DNA of 64,000 nt from Chlorokybus atmophyticus (GCA_009103225.1 RHPI01002368.1:339397-403396), one strand, 5' to 3'; shown: positions 35,660 to 48,853, numbered from the stretch's first letter. Notes: generated by a model from the letters alone, not told the origin. Translations and numbers: made by a program.

Positions 35660-38162
35660 TGTTGAGGATATTCCTACATCCAGGTCAACAAGTCAGTCGG
35701 TAGCTTGCCCTTCGCATAAAATTAGCCGTTTAAAAGTTCCAGGTGAAGACTCGAGAAGGTCCAGGCGCAAACTCGAGTCTGGAAGGTTCAGGCGCAGCTA
35801 GAAGAATGATGATAGCTTGATGGCTACCTCACCATATGGCATGTATAGCGGCTTGTTGGAAAGCTCTTGAAGCTACGTGGCACAATTAAAAGCGCAGGTT
35901 ATGGTTGAGTGTGCTAGATGCAGTAGCCTCTAGAGTAGAAGCATGTGTAGCTGGCGGGTAAAACCCGTGAACATGATGGCAACATGGTCTTGTATGGTCT
36001 TATGACGCTAGTGTTGTGGCAAGCACTTGTGCATGTTTGTGCTTGTCATCGTCCAGCTCAACAGGTTGTGGGCCCACACATGCTTGTGTAGGTTATGGTA
36101 AGTTAAATCGTGTGAGTAGGTATGGATGTTGTGTGAGTAGTAGGTTGCAAGGTCTGCAAGTAGCAGAGGGGCAACGAAGGTCACAAGCATGGGCGGCATC
36201 AAGTATACAATGGACCCATTGAACGTTGACAACACCTAGAGCATGAAGATGGAGCTGCTACTAGCCCACAAAGAGTTGTGGAAGTATGTAGACCCAAAGG
36301 AGACTGTTCCCGTTGGTGAGGCGAGTGTTTGCGCGTCTTAAGGGAGGAAGGCTCTGGCATTGATTGGCTTGCACATGGCGGACCATCACATGGTGTTGGT
36401 GGGAGTGCAAGGATGCAAGGGAGCTTTAAGGAAAGCTTGAGAACCACTTCAAGGCGCGTAGCATGGCGAGGAGATCATCTGATTGCAGCTGAGGCAGAAG
36501 CTCAACTCGTTGCACCAGGAGAGCGGAGAGGCCATTGTCAAGTTCATGGCATGCGCGAAGGCGTTGTGGAGAGACTTGCTCGATGTTGGCCATGAGCTCA
36601 AGGAGGTGGAGATTGTTTGGGCTGTGCTCTCAGGTTTGCCCAAGGAGTTTATGGTCGTTGTCACTATCTCAAAGTTGTCAACGGAGGACTTGACATTGGA
36701 TGGGGTGACACCACGGCTTTTTATAAGGACCAGGGCGTGAGGAAGGAAGATGAAGTAGAGAACGGAGCTGAACCCGATAGTATGGCGTTCGCGACTTCAT
36801 CGAGGCATGCGCATGAGAAGTAGGGCGCTCGAGGCAGCAATGTGGAATGTTGGCACTGCGGGAAGCGAAGAAGACGAGGGCTGATGGTGAGGAGCGGTTA
36901 TGTGCATTTACGTGCATCTGATGAAAGAGCGGAGTATTCTGGGTGGGTGCCGGATTCGGGAGCAAGCATCTTTTAAGCGGCAAGAGCCAGCTTACTCCTT
37001 TAACCTATAAGCCAATCACGGTGGACTTTATGAACAACAATATGCTGGATGCTGTTGCAAAGGAAGACGCCAACCTCAGGTGCGAGGTTGGTGGTGTAGT
37101 GAAGAAGGTTGTGCTTATAGATGTACTGTACAGGCCTGGCATCTGCTAGTTTGTTCTTAGTACGTGTAGCCACGGGGTTTGGTGCGAGTGTTGTGTTCGA
37201 TGCGGACAAGCGGCTAGGATAGTGCTTGGGGGCGTCACACATGTGGTAGGCATCAACAAGGGCGCAGTCTACTACATTGAGGAGGACAAGACGCACAAGA
37301 AGGTTGCAGCGACAAAGGTGGTTGAAAATGGAGCATTCCACAAGGTCAAGGCAACAAGGAGGCACTGAAGACTGATGTGAAGTGGACGAGCTTGGAGCCC
37401 GTGGGAGCTGCAAGAAGCTACAAGCAAGTGGTGGAGAGCAAGGTGGCTAAGGACGAGCCAAGAGCTATCACCAAGGCTAGATTTGCTGTAGTGGACTGAG
37501 AGGTGCAGCCAGAGCAGGCCGGCAAGGAGCATGTGCAGCAAAAAACAAGGGGTTAAAGGTCAACCGGGAGGTTCAAGTTGCTGTGGAGGACAGTATCTTT
37601 AAGGCTAATTTCAGACGTTTACAGGAAGCATGGTGGTAGAGGTGGAGCAAGAAGAGAAGGTCAAAGGCTTCTTCACAATTGCGCACAAGAAGAGGAGCAA
37701 GGCTAGCATGGGAGCTAGCGGTACAGGAGCTACGAAGGCAAAGGTGTGAAGGACAAGCTGCCCGCGTGGGAGTGTTAAGGATATTTCTACATCCAGGTCA
37801 ATATCCTGGTTAGTCGGTGAGCTTGCCCTCCACATAAGAATAGCCGCTAGAAGGTTTCAAGCGAAAACTTGAGAAGGTCTAGGCGCGGCTAGAAGAATGA
37901 TAATAGCTTGATAGCTACTGTACCATATGACACGTATGGCAGCTTGTTGAAAAACTCTTGAAGCTAGCTACGTGGCGCAACTTAGAGCGCAATTTATGGT
38001 TGAGTGTGCTAGATGCAGTAGCTTCTATAGTAGAAGCATGTGTAGCTGGCGGGTATAAAATCCGTGGACAAGATAGCAATAGATGGTCTTGTGTGGTCTC
38101 CTGACGCTAGTGTTGTGGCGTGTACTTGTGCATGTTTATGCTTATCAGCGTCAATCTCAACA
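35660..38162 (+). mobile_element. Internally deleted, decayed Ty1/copia LTR retrotransposon
   Basis: LTRs at 35660-36063 and 37773-38162 (TGTT...AACA) with a perfect TSD TTCTT (35655-35659, 38163-38167). Copia-type PBS GGTTGTGGGCCC follows the 5' LTR and GCGTGGGAG precedes the 3' LTR. Gag UBN2-like QLRQKLNSLHQESGEAIVKFMACAKALWRDL...VLSGLPKEF, a degenerate protease region (xWVxxxFGSKHL) and VVLIDVLYRPG are present. No recognisable integrase or RT. Confidence 0.9.
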
Positions 38163-39666
38163 TTCTTTGCAGTAGTGGAACATGTGGTACTCTGTTTAGC
38201 GAGGTGAATGAGCAAGCAATACGTGGATGCTATGCCCTAATTGATGCCAACAAGCACACCACAACCAAGCACACCAAGCTTACAGCAATGACAAGCACAG
38301 TGCACACGAGCGTGCGCAGGCTCTCACACGATGAGGGGATTTTTGGTAACCGGGACGGCGTGTTCGCAGTTCAAGTCGCTTCACAAGCTCTCAGCTTTAT
38401 CACTCACAGTGTCACCAGCTGATCCGGTGAATATTGCAACTACTTATACAAGTTTAATCATGCCTATAGAGAAAATAAGCTAACGGTCATATCGCGGCTA
38501 TTTTCAAAAGAATCCCCACTCGATATAGAACTTAGCTTATTTCCGATCTCACAACCAAACAGCTACGCGCGGTGCCTATATAGGCTACGATTACGAGCTA
38601 GGCTAGGGTTATGACCTAGCTATCGGTCAACGTCGCGTGCGAGTCTTCATGCTAATAGGCCGGGAGAGAGTTTCGATGTGGGCATCCTCCATGAAGTTGT
38701 AATGCTTTTATTATTGATCCTTTTTCAAGTATAGCAAAACAGGATTATGGTCTGCTGTTCTGTTGTGAAGTGCACTGTAATGGGGTACCGATATGCAAAG
38801 ACAACAGGCATGATACCTTTTCGGCTGTCGGTATTTGTCACTGTCGGTTGCACTTAGCTAGTTGCACTAGGCCCCTAGCTAAGCCCTTTGGTGAATGAAG
38901 CTCTGGGCGGGCGGATGGTTATGCGTGTGAGACTGCCATGTGTGGGACTGCCATATGTGTTTGCATCTTGCATGGTGTGAGAGCATGAATGGAGCAATCT
39001 AACAGATATATGCAGCATACACTCCGGGTTAGTACTTTCTATACTACGCTACTCCTCGCCTGCCCCGTCAGTCATACAAGCATGCGTGAGGTAATCACCT
39101 GCCCACACGGGCGTGTGATCTAGATAGCGCTATTGCATCTTTGTATACATGCGCACGCAGACACACAGAGGCATTGCTGACACACTACCCATTGGGCATC
39201 CCGTATATACACTAGTCTTTATGGTGCTGAGCAGTAATGGTCGAGACCGCCCCAATCAGAAAGCTGCGTATAAACGCATGTAATAGACTACAATGCCGCT
39301 AGTATCCTGTTGACAAGACAAATGTAAACGGTTGTGTTCTACAGGTGTCTGTCTTATTTAAACCCCGAATGTATGCGCACAGTGCATGTACGCGCGTGTG
39401 CCAGCACACGCCTGCATGCAGTGACATGCAGCCAGTACCGGCACCATGTACACCTAGAGACAACACACACACTGCAGAAGCAGTTTGCAAGTGAATGTGC
39501 GCATGCCTGTGCGTCGATAAACCTACCGGTGCGGTTTGATGCGCATGGTGTGCAACTGCAACGTCACACTGACCACTTCAAGCAACTGTCATTCCTTACA
39601 TCTCACTCAACCAGTTTGGCTAACAGTGCGTCTGCCTTGTACATACACAGGGCATTACCAGGACGC

Positions 39667-40613
39667 TTACTCAGCAGCAGCCGCTGCCTGCTCGCCTTCA
39701 TGGATAACTGCAGACAGAGCAACAAACATTAGCACAAGCGCCATCCTTTGCGTTATCACGCAGCTCATGGCGCATTGGTTGGGAAAACCACAACTGTTTG
39801 ATAAACACATTTATTTTTTTCCGCGTGACACAATAGGGCATCCAGACCTATACGTAGGACACAGGGTGAACCAACTTACGCTATATCACCAATGAAGCCA
39901 AGAGTGGTGTTCATGGTCGTCACATATGGTCAATGAGAGTGCAAGTTAAGCTTCATAATTGGTTGGACGAATGTACCATGAGAGGATGAAACAGTTTTGC
40001 ATATAGGCGAGACAGGGAACCAAACATGAAAGTAAGGAGAAAATTCAAACGGATTGTACACTTGCGGGAACAACACAACCATGCAAAAACATATCTGACC
40101 TCCACATCCTCCTGGTTAGCAAGTTTAACGTTGCAGCACAAACTTCCAGTAGCAATGCCACATTGCTACTGGAAGCTTGTGCAAATGCGGGGATGCGATT
40201 TGCAAGAGTAACGCATCATAGCGAGCGTTGCAAAGTTTGGAGAGCACAGCAGCAAGTCGTTGAAAGTCGTTTGAAGTCGTTGAAGTTGTTTAACTACCTA
40301 ATACAATTTGGATACAAACGCCGAAACCAACCATGAAACCCTCGCGTGGGACAAGCATAGATTTACGACTATGACAATAGTAATAACACTCGGAGCATGC
40401 ATATTACAAAAATTTCAACCAATACACACCTGTCTTTACAGGCTTTCCGCCCTCCCAGACTGTGCTCTTATAGTGCACGGCGTCCCTGTTGCCCAGCTTG
40501 GCCCTGACGCTCTCCTTGAGGGCGGCCCTCAGCATGCCGGCGCTGATGTTGGCGTACTTCAAGTAGCTCATACCAGCCGCACGCCAATAGCGCGCAGCGC
40601 TTGGCGTACACAT
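39667..40613 (-). CDS. ATP5E: Mitochondrial ATP synthase F1 epsilon subunit (~74 aa, two exons: 40613-40430 and 39707-39667)
   Basis: MCTPSAARYWRAAGMSYLKYANISAGMLRAALKE...HYKSTVWEGGKPVKT contains the WRAAGMxY signature. The second exon (VIHEGEQAAAAAE*) is inferred from phase compatibility and is less certain. Confidence 0.88.
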
Positions 40614-40953
40614 CGCTGCCGCCCGCCGCCGCCCACACACCGCCGCTGCCGGCAATGCCGCCACGCTCTAGGCAGATTCTTGATATCAATACAGCAATTC
40701 TGTACGCCCTTCACAAATGCAGCAATTGCCAGCAGACCAGTCGATATCGATAGCACCTGTCCGATATCGCACAGTTAGGGTTTCTGCAATTTTGGTTTGG
40801 TGTGACTGTAAAGCATTACAACTGTAAGACTGCCGCCGCCGCCGTCTTCCCCGCCGTGTACGTCATCGCGGTCGGGGGACTTTGACACCAACACCCACAA
40901 CCCACCCCTAACGACTTCGCTCTCAGGCGTTGGGTGGGGGCGGAATAAGCACC
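40614..40953. promoter_or_regulatory. Putative bidirectional promoter (ATP5E/RSZ) with a telo-box and repeated GATATC motifs
   Basis: 340 bp between divergent ATGs. TTAGGGTTT at 40775-40783; GATATC occurs three times (~40682, 40743, 40763). Confidence 0.55.
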
Positions 40954-42379
40954 ATGTCGCGTATATACGTCGGCAACGTCAACCCCAACGCCACAGAGAG
41001 GGACCTGGAGGACGAGTTCAGGGTGTTTGGCGTCCTGCGCAGGTTGGCTGTTGTTGTTTGTTTTGTCGTTGTGGTCGTCATCGTTGTCTGCAAGGTAGTC
41101 GCTGACAAGCTTCTTGTCCTGGTTAGTGTGTGGGTCGCGCGCAAGCCGCCCGGCTTCGCCTTTGTGGAGTATGACGATCCCCGTGATGCCGACGACGCTG
41201 TCCGCCGACTTGACGGTCAGTTCAGTTTCTGTTTAAGTGAGACTATTGAGAAACTGTGCATAATATGCAGTCCGTTTGCTTGTCAACGTGGGTATTGCAG
41301 CATACTTGCTGCGTATGTTGACGCATTGAGGGTTGCAGCATGCATTCTGCAAGATGTATCACGGTCTGCTGCACTCGTCAACTTTATTTTATATGTTTGA
41401 CTAGTACAGAGTTCAGGCTAGGGTCAAACACAAGCTGCTCACAACAGCGAGTTACTGATGCGCGTGGCCTTCATCCAGGCAAGAATGGTTGGCGCGTAGA
41501 GCACAGCCGTAGCGGCGGTCGTGGTGGTGGTCGCGATGGTGGCGGCGGTGGCGGCGGCGGCGGTCGTGGCCCACCTTCTGAAACCAGGTACATGTGTGCG
41601 AAAGCCTGTACATACACGTGTGTGCGCGCGCATGCCTTATGCTGACTCATCTTCATTTGCACAATAAAACTCTTTTCTGCACTGCAGCCGTTGCTATGAG
41701 TGCGGCGAGCCAGGCCACTTTGCGCGTGAGTGCCGCATTCGGCTGGAAGGGCGCGGGCGTGATAGCCGCGATCATCGTGATGGTGGCGGCCGCGATGGTG
41801 GCCGTGATGGCCACCGCGGGCGCTCGCCATCTCCGCGTGGACATGCACGGCGCTCACCATCGTATGGGCGAGACCGCAGGTGCGCTTGTCTGTCTCCTTA
41901 CCTTGCATGTGTCACATGCATGCCCCACATACAAGGTTGGATGTCAACCATGCTAGGTAGTTGTAGGTGGTGGTTGTATGCTAGCCTTTTTTGTACAAGT
42001 GTTATGACGTGCATGTTTTGTTGTTTGCAGCCCGTATACTCGGAGACGCAGTCCCAGGTAAGCATGGTGACAGGGATTTGTGTTCTTGTCGGAAGGATTG
42101 TGTATGTTGTGATTTTCCTAAGCACCCTGCGCATCCTTCTCAATCTAGTCTTGTTTGTGTTGGGATAGTATGGGTAGGTGCTAGTAGGCTAGTTGTAAGG
42201 TGTTTGGTATGTGTGTGCACGTGGACGCTCAATTGTTGTTTACGCTCTTTTGTGCGTGCAGCCCCCCGCCGCGTCGTGCAAGGAGCCCTAGCCCTCCGCC
42301 GAGGCGCGCTCGCCGGAGTCCGTCACCCGTTGTTGCTCGCAATGGCGGCGGACGTTCCCGAAGCCGGTCGATGGATTAA
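40954..42379 (+). CDS. RSZ-type SR splicing factor (RRM, CCHC zinc knuckle, RS domain; RSZ22/SRSF7-like)
   Basis: [69 protein letters not shown]...[14 protein letters not shown]...RSPSP repeats; stop TAA at 42377-42379. Confidence 0.93.
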
Positions 42380-43460
42380 CTGCACACGTGAAGATACAAC
42401 ACTATCAAGAAACAAGGGAAGGACTCTGGCGGATTGTCCCAAAGGTGCCAAGCCTAGCCCCCAGCTATGCCTACATTGCCCGACAGAGTTGGTCAAGACT
42501 GCACGCCAGTAGCAGCCTACAGAAACTGCATCATCATCAGCTTCATTATCAGCTTCGTTATCACCATGGCACTGCAACTGCAACTGCTCTGCTCTGCTCT
42601 GCTCTCCAGTCTGCTGCTGCTTGCTGCTTCTGTAGTCTTCACCAGCGTAGAGCCTTCATCATGGCTCCACTTTCTCTGCACTTCTCCTGCACGCGCTTCC
42701 CCTGCATGCTTCTCTCACCCTCAGCTTAGAACGCCAACAACACCGCACTGCACTGCACTTCACTTCACACTGCTGCTCATTGCTTACCACTACTGCACTG
42801 CTCTATGTGTGCTACCAAAGCTGCTCGCGACGCTACAGCAGGAAGTTTATTTGTGTTTCATTTGCTTGTCCGTGTCGGGCTATGGCTGACTTGGGCAAGT
42901 CCCAATGATGTTGGTGGCTTGTACTGATACTAATGCTGTGTTTCCTGCTCTTTAACAACTGCCGGTAGCTGCCTCCACCTTGGCCCCTCGGCAGTGTCCA
43001 TCTGGCCACAGGTGCCAAAGTGATGGAAGAACCAAAGGTTTTCATGAAGGCCCAGCTGGGCGGCTTGCAATGCCGTGGAGTGTGCCTTATCTGGTACATT
43101 GAACAGGGGACGTTGTGTCAGGGTTGATGTAGGCACGAGTGTGCGCACCCTCGCATGCTTGCTGCACTCTTGGCATTATGGTGCGTATCATCCTACTGCA
43201 TGCTGAAGCAAAGCATCCTTACCCTTGGTGCCCTTGCTAGCATTCGTAGCAATGTGGACAATGAGGTTGCCTACGACAATGAATGTTACCAACCCAAGTG
43301 CTAGCAATTGCTGCACGCACACGAAGTTAATTAACGATCATTGAAGTCTATGCTACGAGCTGTCGATGCTCAGAAAAATGGACACACCCTCGCAACAATG
43401 TTGGTGCAGCTGGGGAGCTTTTTCCCCAAGTTGTCAGGGCTTATTCATGCACGCGCACAA

Positions 43461-44674
43461 TGTACACACAATGCGCTACGTCATTGCTCATGCATAGTGT
43501 CATTCACACGCATGCATCGGCACAGCACACAGTCCGCACTCACCCTCACATTCATTCCACCGACGGGCTATACCACTACACTATGCAGATTACTACCCAC
43601 ACCACCACCCCGTTGGTCATGCAAGTTATGCATGCATCACAATATAATCACCTGCTGATGCGCGATGACCAGCACCTGTACTGCACACCACCGGCCTTCC
43701 TGTACAAGATCATCTTCGAGGCCTTCAAGCGTCGCCAAGTGAAGACTGCATGGCGAGCAAACTGCGTGGTACTGCAGTCTGCCCGTGCGACGGACAGGTT
43801 CAGCCAACCCCACCACCCAACCCCACCAGCAACAACACACTACTGTATTAAAAAAAAACACGGGCAAGGGTCCAGGAACATGACCATGCCTAACCAAATC
43901 ACGTACACTGCCGCTAGCGCGCTAGCGCACGTACACACATGTCAAACACTATACACATGTCACACACTAGCCCCCTCACGACGCGCCAGCGAGGACAGCG
44001 TCCTCCTCCGCCGTGGCGGGCACCGTCCGCAGCGACGCCCAGCCCGGGACCGCTGCCACCGCTGCTGCTCCGTGTTCCAGCAGCGCCTAACCGCCGGCAA
44101 CAACACAGCAGCACTGCGCAGTGCGGTTTGTGCGAGAGCGGTGCAAGCAAAAGCGACAATGATGTCGGTGCGAGGGGCAGAGCAGAGGGGCGGGGCAGAG
44201 GGCAGGGCAGTGAGGCCCTGCACCTCCAGCAACCACAAGGGTTGCGACTGCAACAGCGGCGGAGTGGGAGGAGGAAGAAGAGGAGGGAGAGGCAGAGGAG
44301 GGGGAGGGGAAGGACGAGAGAGACGGGGTGGAAGGAGGACGAGGGTGACAAGGAGAGAGGGAGGGAGGGAGACAGGGAGGGAGGGAGAGCTGTTGATGTG
44401 CTGCATGCTGCGTTGCTGCTGCTGCTGCAACACCACAGCCGTTGACTGCCGTCGTTAACGCTGCTGCCCATGCTTGTGCAGGTGATTACATTGTGATGCA
44501 TGCATAACTTGCAGGACTAACAGGGTGGTGGTGTAGGTAGTCATGTGCATAGTGTAGTAGTATAGCCCGGTGTGGAATACATGTGAGGGTGAGTGCGGAC
44601 TGCGTGCTGTGCCGATGCATTCGTGTGATGAATGACACTATGCATGAGCAATGACGAAGCGCATTGTGTGTACA
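43461..44674. mobile_element. Non-autonomous DNA transposon (1214 bp) with ~195-bp terminal inverted repeats and a 7-bp TSD
   Basis: 43461-43655 and 44478-44674 are high-identity inverted repeats beginning TGTACACACAATGCGC. CGCACAA flanks both sides (43454-43460 and 44675-44681). No transposase was recognised. Confidence 0.85.
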
Positions 44675-46085
44675 CGCACAACATGGCATTGCATCTGAGG
44701 TCATCAACTCTTATGAAGGCAACCAATGGAAGTATTTAGAACATCTTTACGACATTATGTGTAGCAACTTGTGCTGAACAATGGAGCTGAAGCGGCACTT
44801 GGGCGTCTGCTTCACAGGTAGCAGGTGGGCTTTCCAATGATACCGATGCACTCAACCCAACACACGCATACAATGTGTACGCATGACGAGTTGATTGCAC
44901 TAACATAGGATACTATCAATCGTAATAAAAAGCACGGGCCAGTTAGTGGGACAGGGCAAGTTGCACTTGCAGCATTAATGTGCATATGTATTATGGTTGC
45001 GTGGTATGTACATTGATGCATTTTTGTCGATGGAATTTATTTATTGCTTCGTCCTCGACGTGTACATGGTAGTCTAAAGCATCTATGCAGTATAATCTGC
45101 ATCAAGCTCAATGTGAGTTGGTAACACATGGTGATGTGCATGATATGGCACCTGAGTTTATGGACTACAATCACAACATTGTGATTGCAGTCAATAAACT
45201 TAGCGGCTTGGGCCAGTCCGTGTTTGTACTGGTCTTTGCTATGCTGTTCTTTGTTGTGCTTTAATTGATATTGTGCACACCATGGATAGTGTACACACCA
45301 CTGTACATACGCACACTTGCCCTCATTTTGATGTTATGCACTGAGTTCCTTTGAATATCACGAATTTGTGTTGTGTAGAATATAAATCATGGTATGTCAT
45401 GCATAAACATGCGTGCACAGGCAGTGATGCATGATAGCGCAAGCATGCACAACAAGCAGAGGTAAGAAGCATTGCGCCCGGGGCCACCTACGCGCTACCC
45501 AAAGTGCTGCTAAGTGCTGTGCAATGCAATGGCAATGGGACAGTCAGTGGGCAGCATGTAGCAATGGCTCAACCAACATGAAGCGCACACAAATATATAT
45601 GTATAAGTTGTATGACTTTTCGACCACACTTTTGTAACAAGTGATGATTAACTTGTTGTACTTGGGTAATTGCACCATAGAAGTTTGGTCGTTTTTCAAA
45701 TGGGCATCCTAACTTGCTGTAAAAACTTATTAGTGATATATATATAATACATTATATGAGTGTGTATATATACATATATATATTATTTGTAACACTGCAT
45801 CAGTGCAGTGTATAACACTGCACTGGTGAGTGTGCAGCAAGTCCGTGTAGTGTACAATACTAGCATGTCAATGATGATAAAGCAGAGTATAGGCTTAGGG
45901 CACTATCCCTCGGTCCTGGGTCCTTCAGTCCGTGCTCTCGGGTCCTGGTTCCACTCGGTGAAACCAGGACCCGACAGCACTCCCGGGTTCCGCGTCATGA
46001 TGGGACCAGAACAGCAGTGCAGTCGGCACCGTAGTCGTTGTCCTTGTTGTCGCCGTAGTCGTCGGCGGCGGAGGTGGCCCGGCGC

Positions 46086-48853
46086 ATGGCGTTCAGGCGC
46101 ATAGTCTGCGCTGGGCCGTGGTCCGGTCTGATGGGCCAGGGGCAGTCCGCCGTCGCCGGCGCGGTGCCGGGCGCCCCAGCGGGCTACGCTGCTCCGGCCG
46201 ACCTGGGCTATGACACTGACGAGGGCGACAATGGCGAGGTGGTGAAGAGGGAGACGAAGGAGGAGAATGGTAAGGCTGGCGATAATTTGGACGTTCGGCA
46301 GAATGAGGCGACGGAAAATGGTCATGGCGCTGACTACGACAGCTTACAGAAGGTCAGCCATGCATGCATGCGTGACAGATTGACCGTGACCGTGACCGTG
46401 ACAATGATTGTGACTGTGACTGTATGCGGTTAGCCAGAATGTACGTTTGCATGAACTGGATGTCCATAGTCTGTACTGTCAAACTTACTGTTCTCAAGTG
46501 CTCAAGTATAAAGCAACAGAACGGTGTGCTAATGTGTTACGAGTCAATCAACACTTTACTGCTTGAGCTTTTGGATCCGCTGCTTGAACCCGTTTGGATA
46601 ACACAAGATAGGAGGTTAGGTTTGGGGTTGCTGGGTTGTAGGGTTGCAGTGGTGTTCTCACTATCTAAGAAGTCCAAGTGCAGACCATCAACGGAGCAGC
46701 AACCAGTTCGTCGATTGCTGGCTTCTTAGCATGCATTGAACTGACGAAACACACAACAAGCAGCAATACTCGCCGGTCAAATAGTGTGCTCAGCCCACTG
46801 GACACACCAACAACTGCTCAAAGCAAACCGTTGTGAGCATGCAATCTGGCACGCACATGCAAGCACGCGTGTGTGGACATGCATGCAAGGCGCTTGTGGT
46901 TTTCTGCAGACAGTGTATATGCTCAACAAATAAGTATGCACGACACTTATTGAGCGTCTCTTGTCCTGCATGAAAGTTGCACAAGCCTGCACTTATGCAT
47001 GGTTGCATGCAACCATGCATAAGTGCAGGCAGCCATGCAATCAAGGATGCATGCATGCGTACACATGCACAGTCACGCAGGCACACAAGTGACACAACAC
47101 GCATATCGCTCTGCAGGCTTCAGTGGCGTCTATTGCCGCTGACCGAGCTGCCAGCGATGCGACTCTTGCATCCGCAGCGTTATCAAGCCTGCACGCGAAT
47201 GGGCACAGTCATGCGAATGGGAGTTTGCCGCTTGTCAATGACATTGCTGAGGAGAGAGTTGTTGAGTTCTACTTGATCAGGTGAGTGTGTCTGTGTCTGT
47301 GTCTGTTGTTCAAATTTTGGATGATTGTGTTCGAGTTGTTAAAGCAGCATGTTGGCAACTTTCTTCAGGCATGCGCACAGCGTCTGCAATATTGACTCGG
47401 ATCGGATTGTTGGCCGGAGTTCGTCAGCTCCTTTGACTGAGGTGAGAGAATCATTGATGAGTTCAAAAGGAAGGTAGGCACTCGTGAACGCAAGTACAGC
47501 ACTTATACTGATGTTCTGGCAATCGGTGACTGTAAACGAGCCAAATAAGTCAGCTGCTGCATTGACTGAGTAGGCTTGGGAAAATCAGAGGGACAGGCAC
47601 GTGCGTGTACATGCGTGTGCACACGCGTATGTGTGCATGTGCGCGCACATGTGGGCGTGTTGCTTGCGCAGATACGTGTACACATGTGTGCACGCTTGGT
47701 CATGTGCTATGCACGTGTGTGCGTGGTTCATGTGCGTGTCTGCTTGTGTGCGTGCGTGCCCACGCGCACGTGCCTGCGTCTGTGCGCCTGTGCATGCATG
47801 CGTGCATATGTGTGTAGCGCGCTATCTGTGTGCGTGTACACACAGCAGCGTACAAGCATACAAGCAAGCTTACGTGCATGCACGTGTCTATACATGCATG
47901 TATGAACAGAGTGTCTGTCTCAAAGGTTGGTCTATCGCAAGCTCGCGCATTGGGGAGCTACCTCAAACGACGCTACCGGCTCGGGGGAAGCCAGTTTGAG
48001 AATGGCTTTCCACTTGAAGTCTACTCCTCACCTGCAAAGCGCAGCTATTTGACGGCTATGTCTGTCTGCGGGGTAAACACCAATCTTAGTGCTTACTTGC
48101 CATTGCAAGTTGTGAACGAGTTGGGTATCATAGCGCATTGTATAGGAGTTGGGCTATCCAAGTGGCAAATTGGTGCTGAGCGAGGAGCTTCATGAGATGA
48201 GTATGGGCGATTGGGAAGGCCTGAGGCGCTCTGATATATACACTCCTCAGGTGACTGGTTGTCCTGGCGCTGTTTCAGCCTGCTCCTATAATGTATTCTC
48301 GTGTTCTCACGCGCTCGCTCTCCGTATGTGCGTGTGTGCCTGTGCGTGTGTGCATGCACACATGGAGTCTGTAGCTGTGTGATAAAGCGGGAGGGTGGGG
48401 GGAGGAGGGAGGGGTATCCATGCCGGTGGGTTAGTACATGTTACCCAACTTTGGTTTTGCACAGGTGAGGTTACTGATGAGCACCATGCACCCGGACTTC
48501 GCAGCTCCAAATGGCGGAGAGTCCAAACGCGAAGTGGAAACACGGATGATATGGTTTTTGCTCGGGCGTGCTAGAGAAAGGTGCATACTCTACTTCGTTC
48601 TGTCCCACACATGCTTTATTGTTCGCTCACTTTGGACTGTTTGATCAGTTTTGTGCAAGGTGTGCCTTTCTCCCAGCAGCTGATAGTAACGCACGCGGGT
48701 GCGATCAAGTGCGCTTTGAGAGGGATTTTGGGTATGGATTCAGAGCGCACATTCAGGGTGGAGTTGAACAATGCGAGCGTGTCGGTTGTGAGGCTGAGCA
48801 GCTGGAGTGGGTGGAGTGTTGTTTGCCTCAATGATACGGGTGCGCTTGCTTAA
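46086..48853 (+). CDS. Histidine phosphatase superfamily (phosphoglycerate mutase-like) protein with a long N-terminal extension
   Basis: EFYLIR/HAHS (RHx motif), PLTEVGLSQARALG, VYSSPAKRSYLTA, LHEMSMGDWEG, PNGGES, LIVTHAGAIKC and NNASVS; stop TAA at 48851-48853. The start codon is uncertain. Confidence 0.88.

Noticed and set aside
42860-43460. L1- or PLE-like RT fragment (WASPNDVGGL on plus; VPDKA on minus)
   Set aside because: Only isolated short motifs on opposite strands; insufficient support.
43460-44458. 332-aa ORF as a transposase
   Set aside because: It spans the TIR and low-complexity interior and has no DDE or other catalytic motif.
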